Shown: positions 30,068 to 47,998, counted from the stretch's first letter. The stretch is 64,000 nucleotides of DNA from Chrysomallon squamiferum (GCA_012295275.1 CM022672.1:21824001-21888000), one strand, 5' to 3'. The notes: a model not told the origin generated them from the letters alone. Program-made: numbers and translations.

Positions 30068-30404
30068 TACAGAAAGTGAAGTTTGATATTTTATTATTGT
30101 TTTTTGAACAAATTATTCATTTTACTAAAATGTTATCCTCTAACATAATTCTATTTCACTGAAAAAATGAGACAGTTAATCCATTTTTGTCTTAATAGTA
30201 ACATCATAATTTTAATTTTACTTTTAAAACACGTTATCAAATAATTATGTCTTGGAACCATTTTTTACAAATAGCATGTTGTCATGAACAAAATACAAAT
30301 TAATATTATTAAATATAAATATATTTAGAATTTTACTTTTCATTTCGAATATATTATTTTTATCAATCTGATATGTATTTAATTTTAGTATTTTGGGAAG
30401 TTAA
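26639..30404 (+). CDS. Secreted multi-EF-hand calcium-binding protein, paralogue B (201 aa)
   Basis: GT-AG exons 26639-26700, 27095-27195, 27615-27767, 28237-28283, 28639-28762, 29434-29490, 29855-29900, 30389-30404 give MEFLILVCFLIGTTNAISNATYTRVFNQYFDLIDDNKDGDVTLDELTKNAELLSMSLGLSEAEHREKYHFPMELSKAYFSKADLDGDGIFTLKDLKKMRVLGDTDFDGHLDREEYVKYALKLNMEVEQIVKRSAFDFYVLDRTRDGFLDLEELAKGFVLLSDVLKFKTSDEFIGSAMTFSGADKRLNYEEFTSFYKDILGS*. A 3'UTR exon probably starts near 30766. The last coding exon is less certain. Confidence 0.88.
29498..29648. repeat. Approximately 71-bp tandem duplication in a paralogue B intron
   Basis: AATATTTGTCTGTCTGTTTACC...CTTTTTTAACTTTTCGTTTTC occurs twice head-to-tail immediately after exon 29434-29490. 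Confidence 0.85.
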
Positions 30405-31087
30405 TGGACTTCAGAGGTGAGTTTTGAAACAAAATCTCAATCAGAAATAAACTGTTTTTTATATTTGTTTTTTACATTTTTTTTTTTTATGAGTAAAGTA
30501 AATTAACAAAATAACAATTAAAAAAATCTGTTGTTGAGTATTTATGATATTAAAATATTTTATGACTGAAATCTATTTACAAATTCAAGTTTTCTAAATT
30601 TGTCAGCGATTAATCTGCTTAAGTTACAAAACCAGAAAATTAATATTTTTCAAATAAAAATATATGCAAAAATTTCATATTTTATTTTATTTTATTTTAT
30701 TTTATTTATTTAGCTATCCATCTATCTATCTGTCTACTTATTTATTTATTTACTCTTTTGTTTCAGAGCTTACAGTAATACAAATGGAATTTGAAAATTC
30801 AAATACATTTTTTCCAATCTGTTTTATTGTTTTCTTTGTTCTTAACGTTGAGTTAGATAGAAAAAAAAAAAATTGAATTGAATGTCTTCGTCTTTGTTGT
30901 TTTTTAAATTAATTAATTAATTAAATTATTTATTTATTTATCTTTTATTTATTTATTTATTTATTTATTTATTTGTTCATTCATTTATTTATTTAATTAT
31001 TTATTTTAACTCACAAAGACTGTCCAGTATGATACAGCTAAATATATTTTTAAATTAAACTATACGAATATTGTTAAATTACAGTCT

Positions 31088-31177
<90 letters not shown>

Positions 31178-31378
31178 ACACATATTCACACAGAGACAAA
31201 AAGTATATCAGAATTAAAAAAATGTATATGTAAAACCCTTAGGTCAGTTTACTACATGAAATAATATTTACTCGTGATTCCATATGAATATCAACTTACT
31301 GTTAAAAAAAAAGAATTAAACTAATAAATTACGAAGAAAAGTTCTGCATATTTATATCGTATGATAATCAGTTTTTGT

Positions 31379-31429
<51 letters not shown>

Positions 31430-31813
31430 TTACTTGCTTATTGCTTATTAGTTTTTAATCGGAGGTACTTCGTATTATTGCTACAAAAAATACTACTTAC
31501 CTAATAATTCTGATCCTCCTTCCAATACTATCGCTACGATTACTGCTACTACACCATCATCATCATCATCATCATCATTATTATCAGCATTAAAATCCAT
31601 CATCTCCATAACCACACTCAGGATAATCAATACAGGTTTATATTTCCGAGTGGTAATAAGATTTATTTCATTAATTAACTTTGCTTCTGTTTTTCTTCTG
31701 TTACAATTTTAAGTCTTAAAAAACAAAATATATTAATTATTTTCGAATGAAAAATATTGTATAAATTTAAAAAAACAAACAAAACAACAACATTATTTTA
31801 AGGTATGTGTAGT

Positions 31814-31893
<80 letters not shown>

Positions 31894-32472
31894 AAGATCC
31901 TGGAAGTTTAATTGCCTAAGAAATAATATTTTTAATAGCATTTAAAAAGTGTCATTTTATGCAATTTATCTAAAAGTAAATTAATATTAAACTGATTAAA
32001 ATTTAATGAATATTATTAACAAGTAATAAAGTATGCTATTGAATTTATTAATTAAGCCAAAACGATATTTTTTTTAAATTAAAATAGTATTATGCATATC
32101 ATTATTACATACCTTCATTTTAATTAATTAATTTATTTATTTATTTATTTATAATTATATATATTTTAATGTTTTAATATTAAAATTATTTGATTTTTGT
32201 TGAAGTTATTTAGACATTTAACTGCATTTTCAGCATTTATTTTAAAAAATGTCTCTATATGTAGATTTAATTACACAGTCATGTGTATTGCCGTTTATTG
32301 AAATATAATGAATGATTTGTAATCATAATAAGAATTGTCCAAACCATTTTTTAGTAAACTTCAAAGCTCGAAATATAATTCAGTATCGGTTAGTTTCAAA
32401 TAAAATACTATCACCTCCATTCTTTTTCCATCTGGCATCTCATTTTATCACTTTCAACACTACGTTCAAGAA

Positions 32473-32571
<99 letters not shown>

Positions 32572-33241
32572 TTGATTTTTTCTTTCTTTTCATTCTTTCT
32601 TTTTAATTTCTTAATTTATTTATTGCATGATCTGAAATAATAAATGTTACAAAACCAACAATGCACTGACATATTCGTTTTATTCTCTTCTTGTTGTTAC
32701 ATATGTGTGTGTGTATGTGTGTGTTTGTATATGTGTGTATGTGTGGTTGTGTTTGTGTGTTTTGTGTAGCTAGAGGTGGATGTCTGAGATCACTATTTTC
32801 ATAAATTTTATTATACATAATTGTAATTCGAAATTAAATCATCATCATCATCATCATCATCATTAATAATAGCAGCAGGATAAATATTGTTATTACTGAT
32901 GCGCCCGAAACTGCATACATTGCTCATTCATTTATATCATCTATTTTTATCTATCAGTCTATCTGTCTGTATGTCTGTCTATATATGTGTGTGTGTGTGT
33001 GTGTGTGGTTCATATTTCAATGTTTCTACCGCATACTAAATATATAATGACACTATAAATTTTATAATGATAATTTTATGTAGTAAAAAGTTTAAAGCAA
33101 AATAAAGTTTGTCGAAACCATAAGTAATTTTCTGATAAAATTTTTACTCCCAAAACAATGCAACTTTTAAAACAGATGATTTGTTTTTTGATTTTTTGAT
33201 TTTTAAATTATTTATATTTATTATTATTATTATTATTTCTG

Positions 33242-33290
<49 letters not shown>

Positions 33291-34319
33291 TCAAAACGTG
33301 CTCAAGATCACGTTTTACAGGTACCGATAATATAAAAATGTCACCATTGTTTTTTTAATATACTCATTATGTATTGTCTCGTGATAAGGTCTGCAATTTT
33401 CCATGTATATACAGATATACATGAATGTTAACAATAATAACAAACAAAAACAAGAACATATGTTGGACTTTTTAATATTTTTAAAACGATCAAAATTTAT
33501 TACACTGAATGAGCTGAAATATCGATAAATATTCATAGCTATTTTGTTAATTTTGAATAAATAAATGAATAAAAAAATTATTTATTTTTTCATTTATGCT
33601 GCACCAAATGATTTGTTTGGTTTTCTTTCTAATATGGTGAAAATACATTTCGTTTTTGTTGTATGAGAAGCCATAAAATAAACAAATAAATCGCGGAATT
33701 ACAGACATGGGACATTAGTTACAATCTTTCCGTTTACCAATAAAAAGAAAAGAGGAATTATCCATACTGTTAAAAATATCTATCTGAAGTCCATTTTACA
33801 ACTGAATATCTTGGAAACTTTTTTATTTACTTTACAAACCAACTGAAACGTTAATTAAAGATTTAAAAATCAGAAAATATTGGATATTTTCTATATAACC
33901 AGAATATTGAAGATAATAAAATAAAATAAGATATCAGTGTATGTAACAGACCAATGACACGACGATGCTGTCAAAGAGTCTCTGTCTGCAAAATGACAAA
34001 TGTTGTTCTTATTTTCTGTAAATTATCGTGTAATAAATAGCATGAGAAACTTTTTCTGTACACCTTGCTTATTATTAATACCAATATCATCTACGTTTAT
34101 CAGTCCAAATAAATACAAAATGTGATTGTTTAATGAATCTTTATTTTATTATTATTATTATTATTATTTTATTTTTTTACGTTACAGTATTTCTGGCATA
34201 AAGGCAAATCGTTCGATGTTTTGATTTGAAGGTAAACTCGAACAAGCAAAAAAAAAAAAAAAAAAAAAAAAGGAGAAAGTAGGACAGGTGCTACAGAAAC
34301 AGAAACTCATATCCTGCTA

Positions 34320-34480
34320 AGCTACTGCTACTACTACTACAATTACTACTACTGCCACTACTAAAACTATTGTTACTGCTGCTACTACTACAATTACTAC
34401 TACTGCCACTACTAAAACTATTGTTACTGCTGCTACTACTACAATTACTACTACTGCCACTACTAAAACTATTGCTACTG
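34320..34480. repeat. Higher-order 51-bp repeat (about 3 copies) built from degenerate ACT triplets
   Basis: ACTACTACAATTACTACTACTGCCACTACTAAAACTATTG recurs three times, inside a longer (ACT/GCT)n tract extending to about 34640. Confidence 0.8.
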
Positions 34481-34911
34481 CTGCTACTGCCGCTGCTGCT
34501 GCAACTACTACTACTAATATCATTACTCATTCTAGTCCTGTTGCCACTTCTACTGATGCTGATAGTACTACCACTACTACTACTACTACTGCTGCTACTA
34601 CTACTGCTGCTACTACTACTACCACTGCTAATGCTATTGCCGCTAGTAGAATGGTACTCTGCTTTTATATCTGCTACAGGTTTTATTTATTTGTTAATTA
34701 ATTAATTAATTCAAAATAATTACTAATAAAAAATAAGAAACACAAAAGTCATTGTAGGCTGAGTCTCTTCGAAAATATGCTATTCAAAATCACACCAAAA
34801 ATCAGTAATGATATGCTTACTAAACAGTTTACAAAGTTTAATCAGTAATAGGTGTAGTTAAAACATATTTCCATACAAACCATATCGTATCAAAAAAAAA
34901 AAAAAAAAAAG

Positions 34912-34951
<40 letters not shown>

Positions 34952-35051
34952 AAAAATAATTTTGTTTTCTGCTCAGCAATAATTCATAACTGCATTAATG
35001 TGTTTACTAAATGATTAGGGTTGTTTGACTTTTTTTTTTTTTGGTTGGTAA

Positions 35052-35096
<45 letters not shown>

Positions 35097-35497
35097 TAAA
35101 TTAGTAGTAGAAACAGAAGTAGTACTTGTAGTAGTAGTAGTAATAAAGCCACCTCCAGTAATGGTCATGGTGGTGGTAATAGTCGCAGCAGTAGGAGTAG
35201 TAGCAGTAGTACTAATAATAGTAGTAGTAGCAACTGTTGTTGTTGTTGTTGCGGTACTACCTAGAACTCCTGCATCAGAAGCTGTGGTAGTATACTTCAA
35301 TGTTTCATGGAAAATAAGAATATACATTAACTGCACGCTGTATTAATTTAGATAAGTAGGAGTCAATGATTATTCACGATTGTAAAGCTGCCCTGGTAAA
35401 ATACCAAGTTATTTTCATGTACATCATTCAGTATTTTAAAAAATAAAACCAACATGATCATCGTCAATATATGTTTAATTGAAGAGATTTCGTTAAA

Positions 35498-35565
35498 TCT
35501 GAAAGAAAGTAAGTTAGTAAGTTAATCATTAAAAAGGAAAATAAACTAATGAATGAATGAATGAA

Positions 35566-35600
<35 letters not shown>

Positions 35601-35910
35601 AAACAAAAAACAACAAAAAACGAACGAACAAACATACAATATAAAGAAAAATGATAATAAAGAAAAACGACAAAGAGAAGAAGAAAGAAGTAAAAATTTA
35701 AATGTACAGAAAAATTTATGTTTTTTTGTTGTTGTCGTTTTTTTTTGTTTTTTTGTTGTTATATAGGAATTACTGTAATATTATAAAAAATTGTGTGACA
35801 TTATTAATTCAATATGTACTCAGTATTTATGTAAAAAAGGAAAGAAATAGACGGATAGACAGCTACGTAGATAAATAGATATACATAACAGATACATTCG
35901 ATAGGTAAAT

Positions 35911-35970
<60 letters not shown>

Positions 35971-36234
35971 ACAGACAGATATATACACAGATAAATACAT
36001 TGATATATAAAGAAATACATAGATATATTGAAAGACAGAGACAGGCAGAGAAAGAGACAGACATAAATAAGATTCTCACCAAAGTCCTGATATTATTCTA
36101 CTTATTTTCCTAAATAAAATTAATAATTTTAATCATTATCCATATAAGAATGTATTTAAAGAGATAGTAATCATTTTAATTATAAATGTTTTTAATACCC
36201 GTGAAAATCCCTCTTCAGCTGAGGACTGGTATTT

Positions 36235-36276
<42 letters not shown>

Positions 36277-36970
36277 TGTTTATTGATACGTACAATATAT
36301 GTATGTTATTGTTAGTTATTACAATTACAATGTTTAAAAAATTAAATTTAACTTCTAGATAAGTAAAATGTGTATAAAAATTTAACACTAAAGGATTCAT
36401 TACAGATATTTAATTTATCTTTAACTTACGCATGGTAGAAAATCTTATATTCATCAAAGTTTAGATTGTCATCTTCTATATAATAATAATAATAATAATA
36501 ATAATATTTTAACCATGATGATGATGATACTAATAATTATAATAATAATAACAATAATAACAACAGCAATAACAATAATAATAATAATCATTAAGATGAA
36601 GATGATAATATTAATGACGATGATGATAATAATAATAATCATAATAATGATGATATTAATGACAACGGTGATGATGATGATGATGATAACAGAGAACAGG
36701 AGAAAGATATGTTTGTGTTTGTGTGTGTATGTGCGTGGGTATTTGTGTGTGTGTGTGCGTGTGTGTGTAGTATTTATACTACTGGCGTCTGTTTATCAAG
36801 ACTGACTATATTTTCTTACTGTTAATGTCACAAGTCAATGCAAACGCCGCATAATCATCTGCGTTTTTGAAATATTTAACTGTGAAAAAAGAAAAAGAAA
36901 TATATACGTTATACCATTCAAAATTAACGAATAATATAAATGAAAAGCTGTAATTGTAGCTTAAGGTCGT

Positions 36971-37009
<39 letters not shown>

Positions 37010-37903
37010 AGCAACAGAAGAAAACACTTCTGAGGCAAACAATGCGAGTCAGGGTGAACATAAAACTTTAAATCTAAACAAAACCTCCATTGCTACAAGA
37101 AACACAATAAATATATTTACTTTTTTTTTTTTTTTTTTTTTTTCTTCAGACTTCAAGAGATTTTAACTTCTTTAGATTTGTACTCAGGATTAATATATTT
37201 TCAAAAATTTCTTTCTTTAATTAACTGATTTCATTCTTTATTTACTTAATTACCTATTTTGGATTAGGGAACGAAAATAGGAAAATTTCAATTGTTACTT
37301 TTTTTATATCACATTTTAAAAAAAAACATTTTATTTATCTGTTATTACTACTACAACTGTTTTTAGCAATAGTAACCGTCACCATCAGTAATAATATTGT
37401 AGCAGCAGTAGCAATAGTAGCTGTAGTACCTGTACTAGTAGTAATAGTAGTAGTATCTGTAGTAATAGTAGTAGTGGCAGCAGCAGCAGTAGTAGTAGTA
37501 CAACTAGTAGTAATTGTAGAATTATATCAATGGTAGTAATAACGTTTCTCCTATAACTCCTATTTATTTTTTATTATGATTTATTTATAGAGATATTTAA
37601 TTTTTTTTTTTTCGCAATTATTACATTCATCAGTGAGCCAACCAGTCAACGATTCAATCAGTAATTTAAAAAAATAACAATGGGTTTAATACATTCTAGA
37701 CTGGGTGTTATTATACGTACAGTTTATTCCATCGTCAAAACCTCTGAACAGTTCTTCGATGCTTAGCAATCCGTTTTTGTTTGCGTCCTTCAGAAAGAAC
37801 TTCAGCGATAATGGGCTCACCTTGCTTTCAAGTCTTCTTTCTACCTAACAAGATGATTGCTTTGTCTGATAAATATATCTCTACACTGCCGTAGAAATCC
37901 TAA

Positions 37904-37939
<36 letters not shown>

Positions 37940-38253
37940 AAAAACAAATGTTCAGAGTAAATGAAATAGAAAACAACGTATGTGTACGTACGAATGTATT
38001 TATGTACAAATGGATGAGTGTGTGTGTGTGTGTATGTGTGTTTGTGTGTTATAATTATAATCATTATCATTATTTATTTTATTATTCTTGATGTTGTTGC
38101 TATTGTTATTATTATTATTATTGTTATATATATATATTGTTATATAAAAACTTACTTGAAATGCATATTTTATATATTCCGATTTATAAAGTTTACCATC
38201 GTCTGTAAACAATAAAGTGTAGAAAGTGATAGTCTGTCCGGTTTTTTAAAAAG

Positions 38254-38312
<59 letters not shown>

Positions 38313-39693
38313 TGTATGTATGTATGTATGTGTGTGTGTATGTATGTATGTATGTATGTATATATGTATAAAGAAGAAAGAAAATATGTATTCTGAAACT
38401 TTAACGAAGAAGGTAGTGCATTCATGTACAGATCGTTACAAACATTATTATTCATACACAGTATCGTTCATCTCTTGTTTCATTCCTTCCGTAAATATTT
38501 CACTGAACTCACTGTTTTCGTCAGCCTTCGATCGTATAGCTTTAAGATCATACGACGTCAGAATACCATTGTTATCTATGTCATTTATCGTGAAATATAT
38601 TTTCTGTACGTCCTGTGGATAGTTTACCCTCGCCTCATACTCGCCTCTTGTTGTACCGAGAACGACTGTAAAGTAAGTGATACAGTAAACGTTAGTTTTC
38701 CTTAAGGTAAACACAGATTTACGATAGTAACCGCGCTTTTTCTTGAACGTTTGCTTTCCCAGCATGACAATGTGGAATTACGTCATAATGAATATACGTC
38801 ATAATGAATATAAATTCATAAACTGAAGGGTCTACGGTATTGTCTACGTACGTTTTTTTAAAACTGTTAATTATTGTTGCCATATTCAGTACCATGAAAA
38901 GTAAGTCTTTTCCAGTTTGTATTCTGTTCGTACGTTTTACATGTACAAGACAAACCCGTAGACACACACAGACGCGCGCGCAAACACACATACTGGTGAC
39001 TGCGAAACAAGTAGAGGCTGTTTGTTTTTTTTTTAGTATCTTTAATCTTTAGTATATAAATAATCAAAAGACTTTATATATTATGTTTTGCTCTGTGTCT
39101 GAAATCAATGTTAATTAATTAATGGTATTATTGTTATCTCATCATCATACTCATCATCATTATTGCTGCTGTTGTTGTTGTTGTTGATGTTGTTACTGTT
39201 GCTGGTGTTGTTATTGTAGCAGAGCTAGTGATGATGTGGTGGTAATAATGGTATTTTGATAATATAATTTCATATAATAATTTGTTTAACAGTAAAAATA
39301 TATCTAAATTAAATAAGGCACGTTTGTTAATAAGAACTACATGTGAAAGAGTGTGTCCTCCACGTTACACTTCCATGCATGTGCAAGATAATTTTAATTT
39401 TGTTATTATATATCTGTAATACATTTTTCTCTGTACTGTAATCCCACAGTTTATGAGAATAAAGTCACTGTCGTTGTCATTGTCATTGTAAGAAAGGAAG
39501 AAGATGGCGACGTAATAAAGTATTACTTACAGTTCAACACGTCACAATGTATGATCAGTTCCTTTAGAGAAATGTCGTTGTCGTAGTTTGTATCAATTGT
39601 TTCATATTCTTTCGTAAACTTTTCTATAAGCCTTTAAGAAGATTGTTATTGTTATAATCATCATCATCAATGGAAGCAGAATACATAATCGTT

Positions 39694-39724
<31 letters not shown>

Positions 39725-39981
39725 TAGCAGCAGCAGCAACAGAAGTAGCAGTAGGAGTAGCAGTTGAAGAAGAAGTAGTAGCATAATGTAAGTATTTATA
39801 GATATCTATAATCATTTTTTCTTCAGATTATCACTTCATTCGTCCATTTATTTATTTATTTGTTTATTTGTTTGTTTGTTTGTTTTTTTTGTTTGCTTGT
39901 GTGTTTATTCATTTATTATATATTTGTTTGTTTGTGTGTTTGTTATTTTAGATAAAATATTCATGGAGTGCCAAATGTTTT

Positions 39982-40016
<35 letters not shown>

Positions 40017-40114
40017 GAATTTGAATTTAATTTCTAATGGATGAAAACATACTTGCTATTACTCATAGCACGTGCGACGTCAATGAACAAACTAACCACG
40101 ATGAAAATCTTCAT
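35498..40114 (-). CDS. Secreted multi-EF-hand calcium-binding protein, paralogue C (207 aa)
   Basis: Exons 40114-40053, 39631-39531, 38665-38513, 38202-38156, 37844-37721, 36879-36820, 36475-36430, 36109-36080, and 35498 (stop TG|A split by an intron) give [207 protein letters not shown]. Confidence 0.88.
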
Positions 40115-42348
40115 ACTTAAAACACTTTATCTGCGTCGCTAAAAATAACAATTACATCCATTAATTCTGATGACAAGTTAACACAGTAAATAATAAATAA
40201 AAGCAATAATAGTAATAATAATAATAATAATAATAATATTAATAATAATAACAATAATACGACTGCATTACTATATCTTTCGAGTATCTGAAAGATAATA
40301 ATCATTTATTAAGTTAATTAAATGTATTTAAGCAGTTTCCTGTTGATGTATAGCGATAATTGTTAATTACACAATAAAACATTTAAGGAAATTATTACAA
40401 CAAAAGTCAGTCATACTGACAGTATAAGAAAAAAGAATAAATAAATAAATAAACAGACAGTCAAATAGATAGAGAGATATAGTTAAAGAGAGATAGATAT
40501 TTGGATAGACTACGTAGGTAAATAGACAGATGGAAGGATAGACATATACATAGATAGACAACGAGATAGCTAGAAACACAGACAGACAGACAAAGAGATA
40601 GACAAAGAGATAGACAGATGGACAGATAGATAGATTGATACATACATACATACATACATACATACATACAAATATGCATAAAACCCAAAATAGATAATAA
40701 CAATATAACCTATATCTACATTACTGTTTTAGTTATATATATATATACATATTTATATATTTCATTTTCAATATTTTGTTTTCATTATATAGCATATCTT
40801 AGTTTACAGAAGTTGTCACTAACAGATGTGATTATCGTTTATGTATAATGATATGCATTATTTTTAAACCTCATCCGTTAATGACACGCCCGTTTGTTTG
40901 ATGTTGACACTCGGTTAGATTAAAAGTTGAGATTAGTGATGGTTACAGAACTTGAACTGAACAGTCCTTCCCTTGCGCAGAAAAAAATAATATGTATAAT
41001 TATATTTTAATGTTTTAATTTTTAATAATAAACTGTTATTTTTAATCTTCCATACTGTTGTTAACAGCAAGTCATGAACGTCAAAACAACAATATCACGT
41101 AAATGGTTTGTTTTATTGGGGGTTTTTAATAGAAAAAAAATATTAGAGGATATTATGTTTATCAAGATCATCAAAAATAGGTTTATTATGGTCGTTCTTG
41201 TTGCTACGTTTTGATTTCGATTTTGTTTTTCTATTTTGATATATTCATGATTGATACTGAAGTTAAAAAAAGACTACAAACGGATTTAATATAAACATTT
41301 CACAACAGCTGTGAACAACATTATATGTGTGTGTGTGTGTGTGTGTGTGTATAATATATGTGTGTTTATCTGTATCTGAATATGTCTGTCTAGGTGTATG
41401 TGTGTGTAGGCGCGCGTGTAAATATAAACAGAAAGTAATGCAATGCATTGCTATTCAATGCAGTTCATTACAATACAATTTAATACAATTAAAAAATAAT
41501 AATAATGAAACAAGAACACAATTCCTTCAGAACAATATTTCTAATTCATTACCACATGGAAAGACAAGGTCGATTATAGCGATCCACGCTACGTCAAATA
41601 TTACTCTGCCCTAATTCATTACTTACGACTGGGCCCGGTAGTAGACGTAAATCGGATGTAATGTCGTAAAACGCTTTAAAACGACGACAAATGTTATAAA
41701 ACTAGCGTAAATAATTTGCGAATGAGTATGTCTACTGCTAAACCTTAAAGAACTCTGGTAACACATTTTAGTGATTTATTTTCTTAAAGAGTAACGAAGA
41801 CAATGAAATTATATTATTTACCTTGTGATTTGCCTTCAAAAATGCCTGAAGTATGACGATAACTATCGTATAACTACGTCATTAAACAAGTTAACGAATC
41901 TTCCAAGTTTAATTTGTAAAGATACTTTATGTTACTTTTTAAATTTGTTTTAAATACGTTTTTCACGTACTTTTATTGTGACGTAGTTGACATTACTGAC
42001 TGGGGAAACGTCGGATGCACTAACGCTCGGTGAACTTAAATTTACCCTAGAGAAGTAGCGTAAAGTCAAACTTGACGTAAGCCGACGTATATATGGTGAC
42101 CGTAACTACATTCAAGCAAATGAGGCAAATGCCTTATACCGAAATTGATGATTTTTTTTTTTAATATAAAGATTTTACTAATATATATTTAATTCGTTTA
42201 TGTCTACAGTTACCGTTTGAAGTCGACCGACATCGTTGCGATGAAAGACATAACTGACTTCAAAGACATCAAACAGTTTTACGGCGATTTAGTGTTTGTG
42301 TCATATCAAAAAGAATCTAGTTTATATATATATATATATATATAATAC

Positions 42349-42534
<186 letters not shown>

Positions 42535-42931
42535 TTTCCTTGGCATTAACAGTTAAACTGATGATAAGTTTATAAATAAATACAGTAAGGAATAAAGAAG
42601 GAATACGGAATGAAACCACGTGCTACACTAAATTATTTGATACTGAAGAATAAAAATAAAAATAAAGAAGCAAATAGCCATAACCTTCTTCATGTTGTAT
42701 TGTCTTTATCCATAGGCAATGTTAAAATGTAGTTGCCGTGTTATATTTAAGTATGTATCTGAAATGAACTAAACACTAAAACTCATGCGCACACGAACCC
42801 AGAAACAGGAATACAACACATGATACCAAAATAACGAATGTAAGAAACTGAGACTAGATTTTTTTTGCTTTTGCTTTTAGCTTCACTTTGTAAATTTAAT
42901 CTACCTCGCCGGAAATAAATATAATTTTTAA

Positions 42932-42962
<31 letters not shown>

Positions 42963-42984
42963 ACAATATCAGACTGATTATCAA

Positions 42985-43225
42985 GTTATATAACTGTCAA
43001 GAAAAGTGATGATCACTTTATATGACTGTCAAGAAGAGAGACAGTTAATTTACATAACTGTCAAACAGACGGACAGTCGTTTGGTACAACTGTCAAGAAG
43101 AGGGACAGTCCTCTCATATAACTGGCAAAAAGAGACACTATTATTTTATACAACTGTCAGAAAGAGGGAACGTGTTTTATATAACTGTCAAGAATAGGGA
43201 CAGCTTTTTATCTAATTGTGAAGAA
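42985..43225. repeat. Degenerate 32-bp minisatellite, about 8 copies, core TATAACTGTCAAGAA..AG.GACAG
   Basis: AACTGTCAA-like cores at 42991, 43023, 43055, 43087, 43119, 43151, 43183 and about 43213 (period 32). Confidence 0.8.
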
Positions 43226-44208
43226 CAAGAATAAGAAAGATTATCAAGAAGAACAAGAACAATCATCATATATATATATATATATATATATATTTATTTA
43301 TTTATTTATTTAAATAGAGGACATATCTGGGTATATATGTGTGTCTGTTATAAGTAGAAACGATGGTACACTGAAATAAAAAAAAAAATTGTTCTTAGAG
43401 AAATTAAAAACAAATTATTTAAACAAATATAATGCTTGTATGGTGATGGAATTTGCTTTATATATTGATTTTGTAAGTAACATTTTCTTACTCATATTTT
43501 TCCCATTATTTATTAAAACAAAATAAATAAAATGCCGAATTACGTAGGTTTTGAAATGAACACGTAACGATGTGAGAGGCATTTATTACAGCAGGGATAT
43601 CTGACGTTCATGAAAATATGAAACTGAAATTGAAATACAAATAAATTGAGTTAAACGACTTTCTGCATATTACGTAATTGTTTTGGGTGTATTGTGGATG
43701 TTGTGTGCAGGGGTGTGTGTGTGTGTATGTCTGTTTGTGTAACAAGATCTACAAAATGACATCACAGGCCTTCGTATTTTAGAAATGTGTTTAATAAAGG
43801 GCGGACTGTTGAGATAACATCTGTATCTGAACACAGCGATATGCAAATTATACAGTTAAAAACAGAATATAAACGTAGCTAAAAAACAAGTTTGTGAATA
43901 AGCACTATCAGGGGAAACCTGTTAAGTATAAAATTGTTGTTTTGTGTTGTTGTTTCTTGTTGGGTTTTGTTTGGTGTTGTTATTGTTTTCTGTATTAATA
44001 TATGTGCTTTAGTGATACCTTTTACTACTGATGTTCTTAGTGACTACAAAAAAAAAAAAAAAAAAAAATAATAATAATAATAATACAATTAGGAAAACTC
44101 ATCTCTCTCTTTCTCTCTCTCTCTTTCTTGGATGTAAGCAAAATAAATTAGAGTATTTCCTCCTACCATTGAAAAATTTCGGAAATAATAAGAAAATTTA
44201 AATAAAAA

Positions 44209-44261
<53 letters not shown>

Positions 44262-44389
44262 CAGGAACATATTTTAAACTCTTTATGTTTCTTATTTCCG
44301 TTTTTTTTCTTTTTTTCTTTGTATTTATAATTTATTTCAGTCATATTTTAGATAATTTAAACAAAAAAATTGAATAAATTACACAGAGG

Positions 44390-47435
<3,046 letters not shown>

Positions 47436-47960
47436 CAGTATCTCGACGGAATAAACTTGAAAACTAAAACTGTGCTTTCTTTGTAGTTTATTTTCTTACA
47501 TATTCCAAAATATCTGCAGTCTGAATCAAACTTACTTTTGACATTTAACTCACCTAATTTGAGCAATTGCATGAATACTTGTTACTTATCTATATACATA
47601 AATTACCACATAACCCTGATTAAAATATATTATTGTTATCAGGGAGACATTTGGCTTACTGAACCCTAAATAAATACTACAAAATGAGTTCTGTTATGAA
47701 ACTTGAAAGTTCTTATTCTCAACATGGGAGATGACTCACCAGTGGAAACTCTAAGAGAACGCAGGGCGATAGCAAAAGCTACTGATTAGTGTTTTATAAC
47801 AACATAACATATTTCATCTTGCTTCCACCATTGGTATGAAATTTAACCTAGAGAGAACCCAGCTTCAAAAAAATAAAAAATAAAAATAAAAATAAAAATT
47901 TAAATTGGGGAGCAGAAATGTTAAAGGTTGCTTTAAATGATAACAAATGAGGACTTAGCT

Positions 47961-47998
<38 letters not shown>

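Noticed and set aside
35007-35346. Thr-rich mucin-like ORF downstream of paralogue C
   Set aside because: Degenerate (AGT/ACT)n tract with no credible start or splice context.
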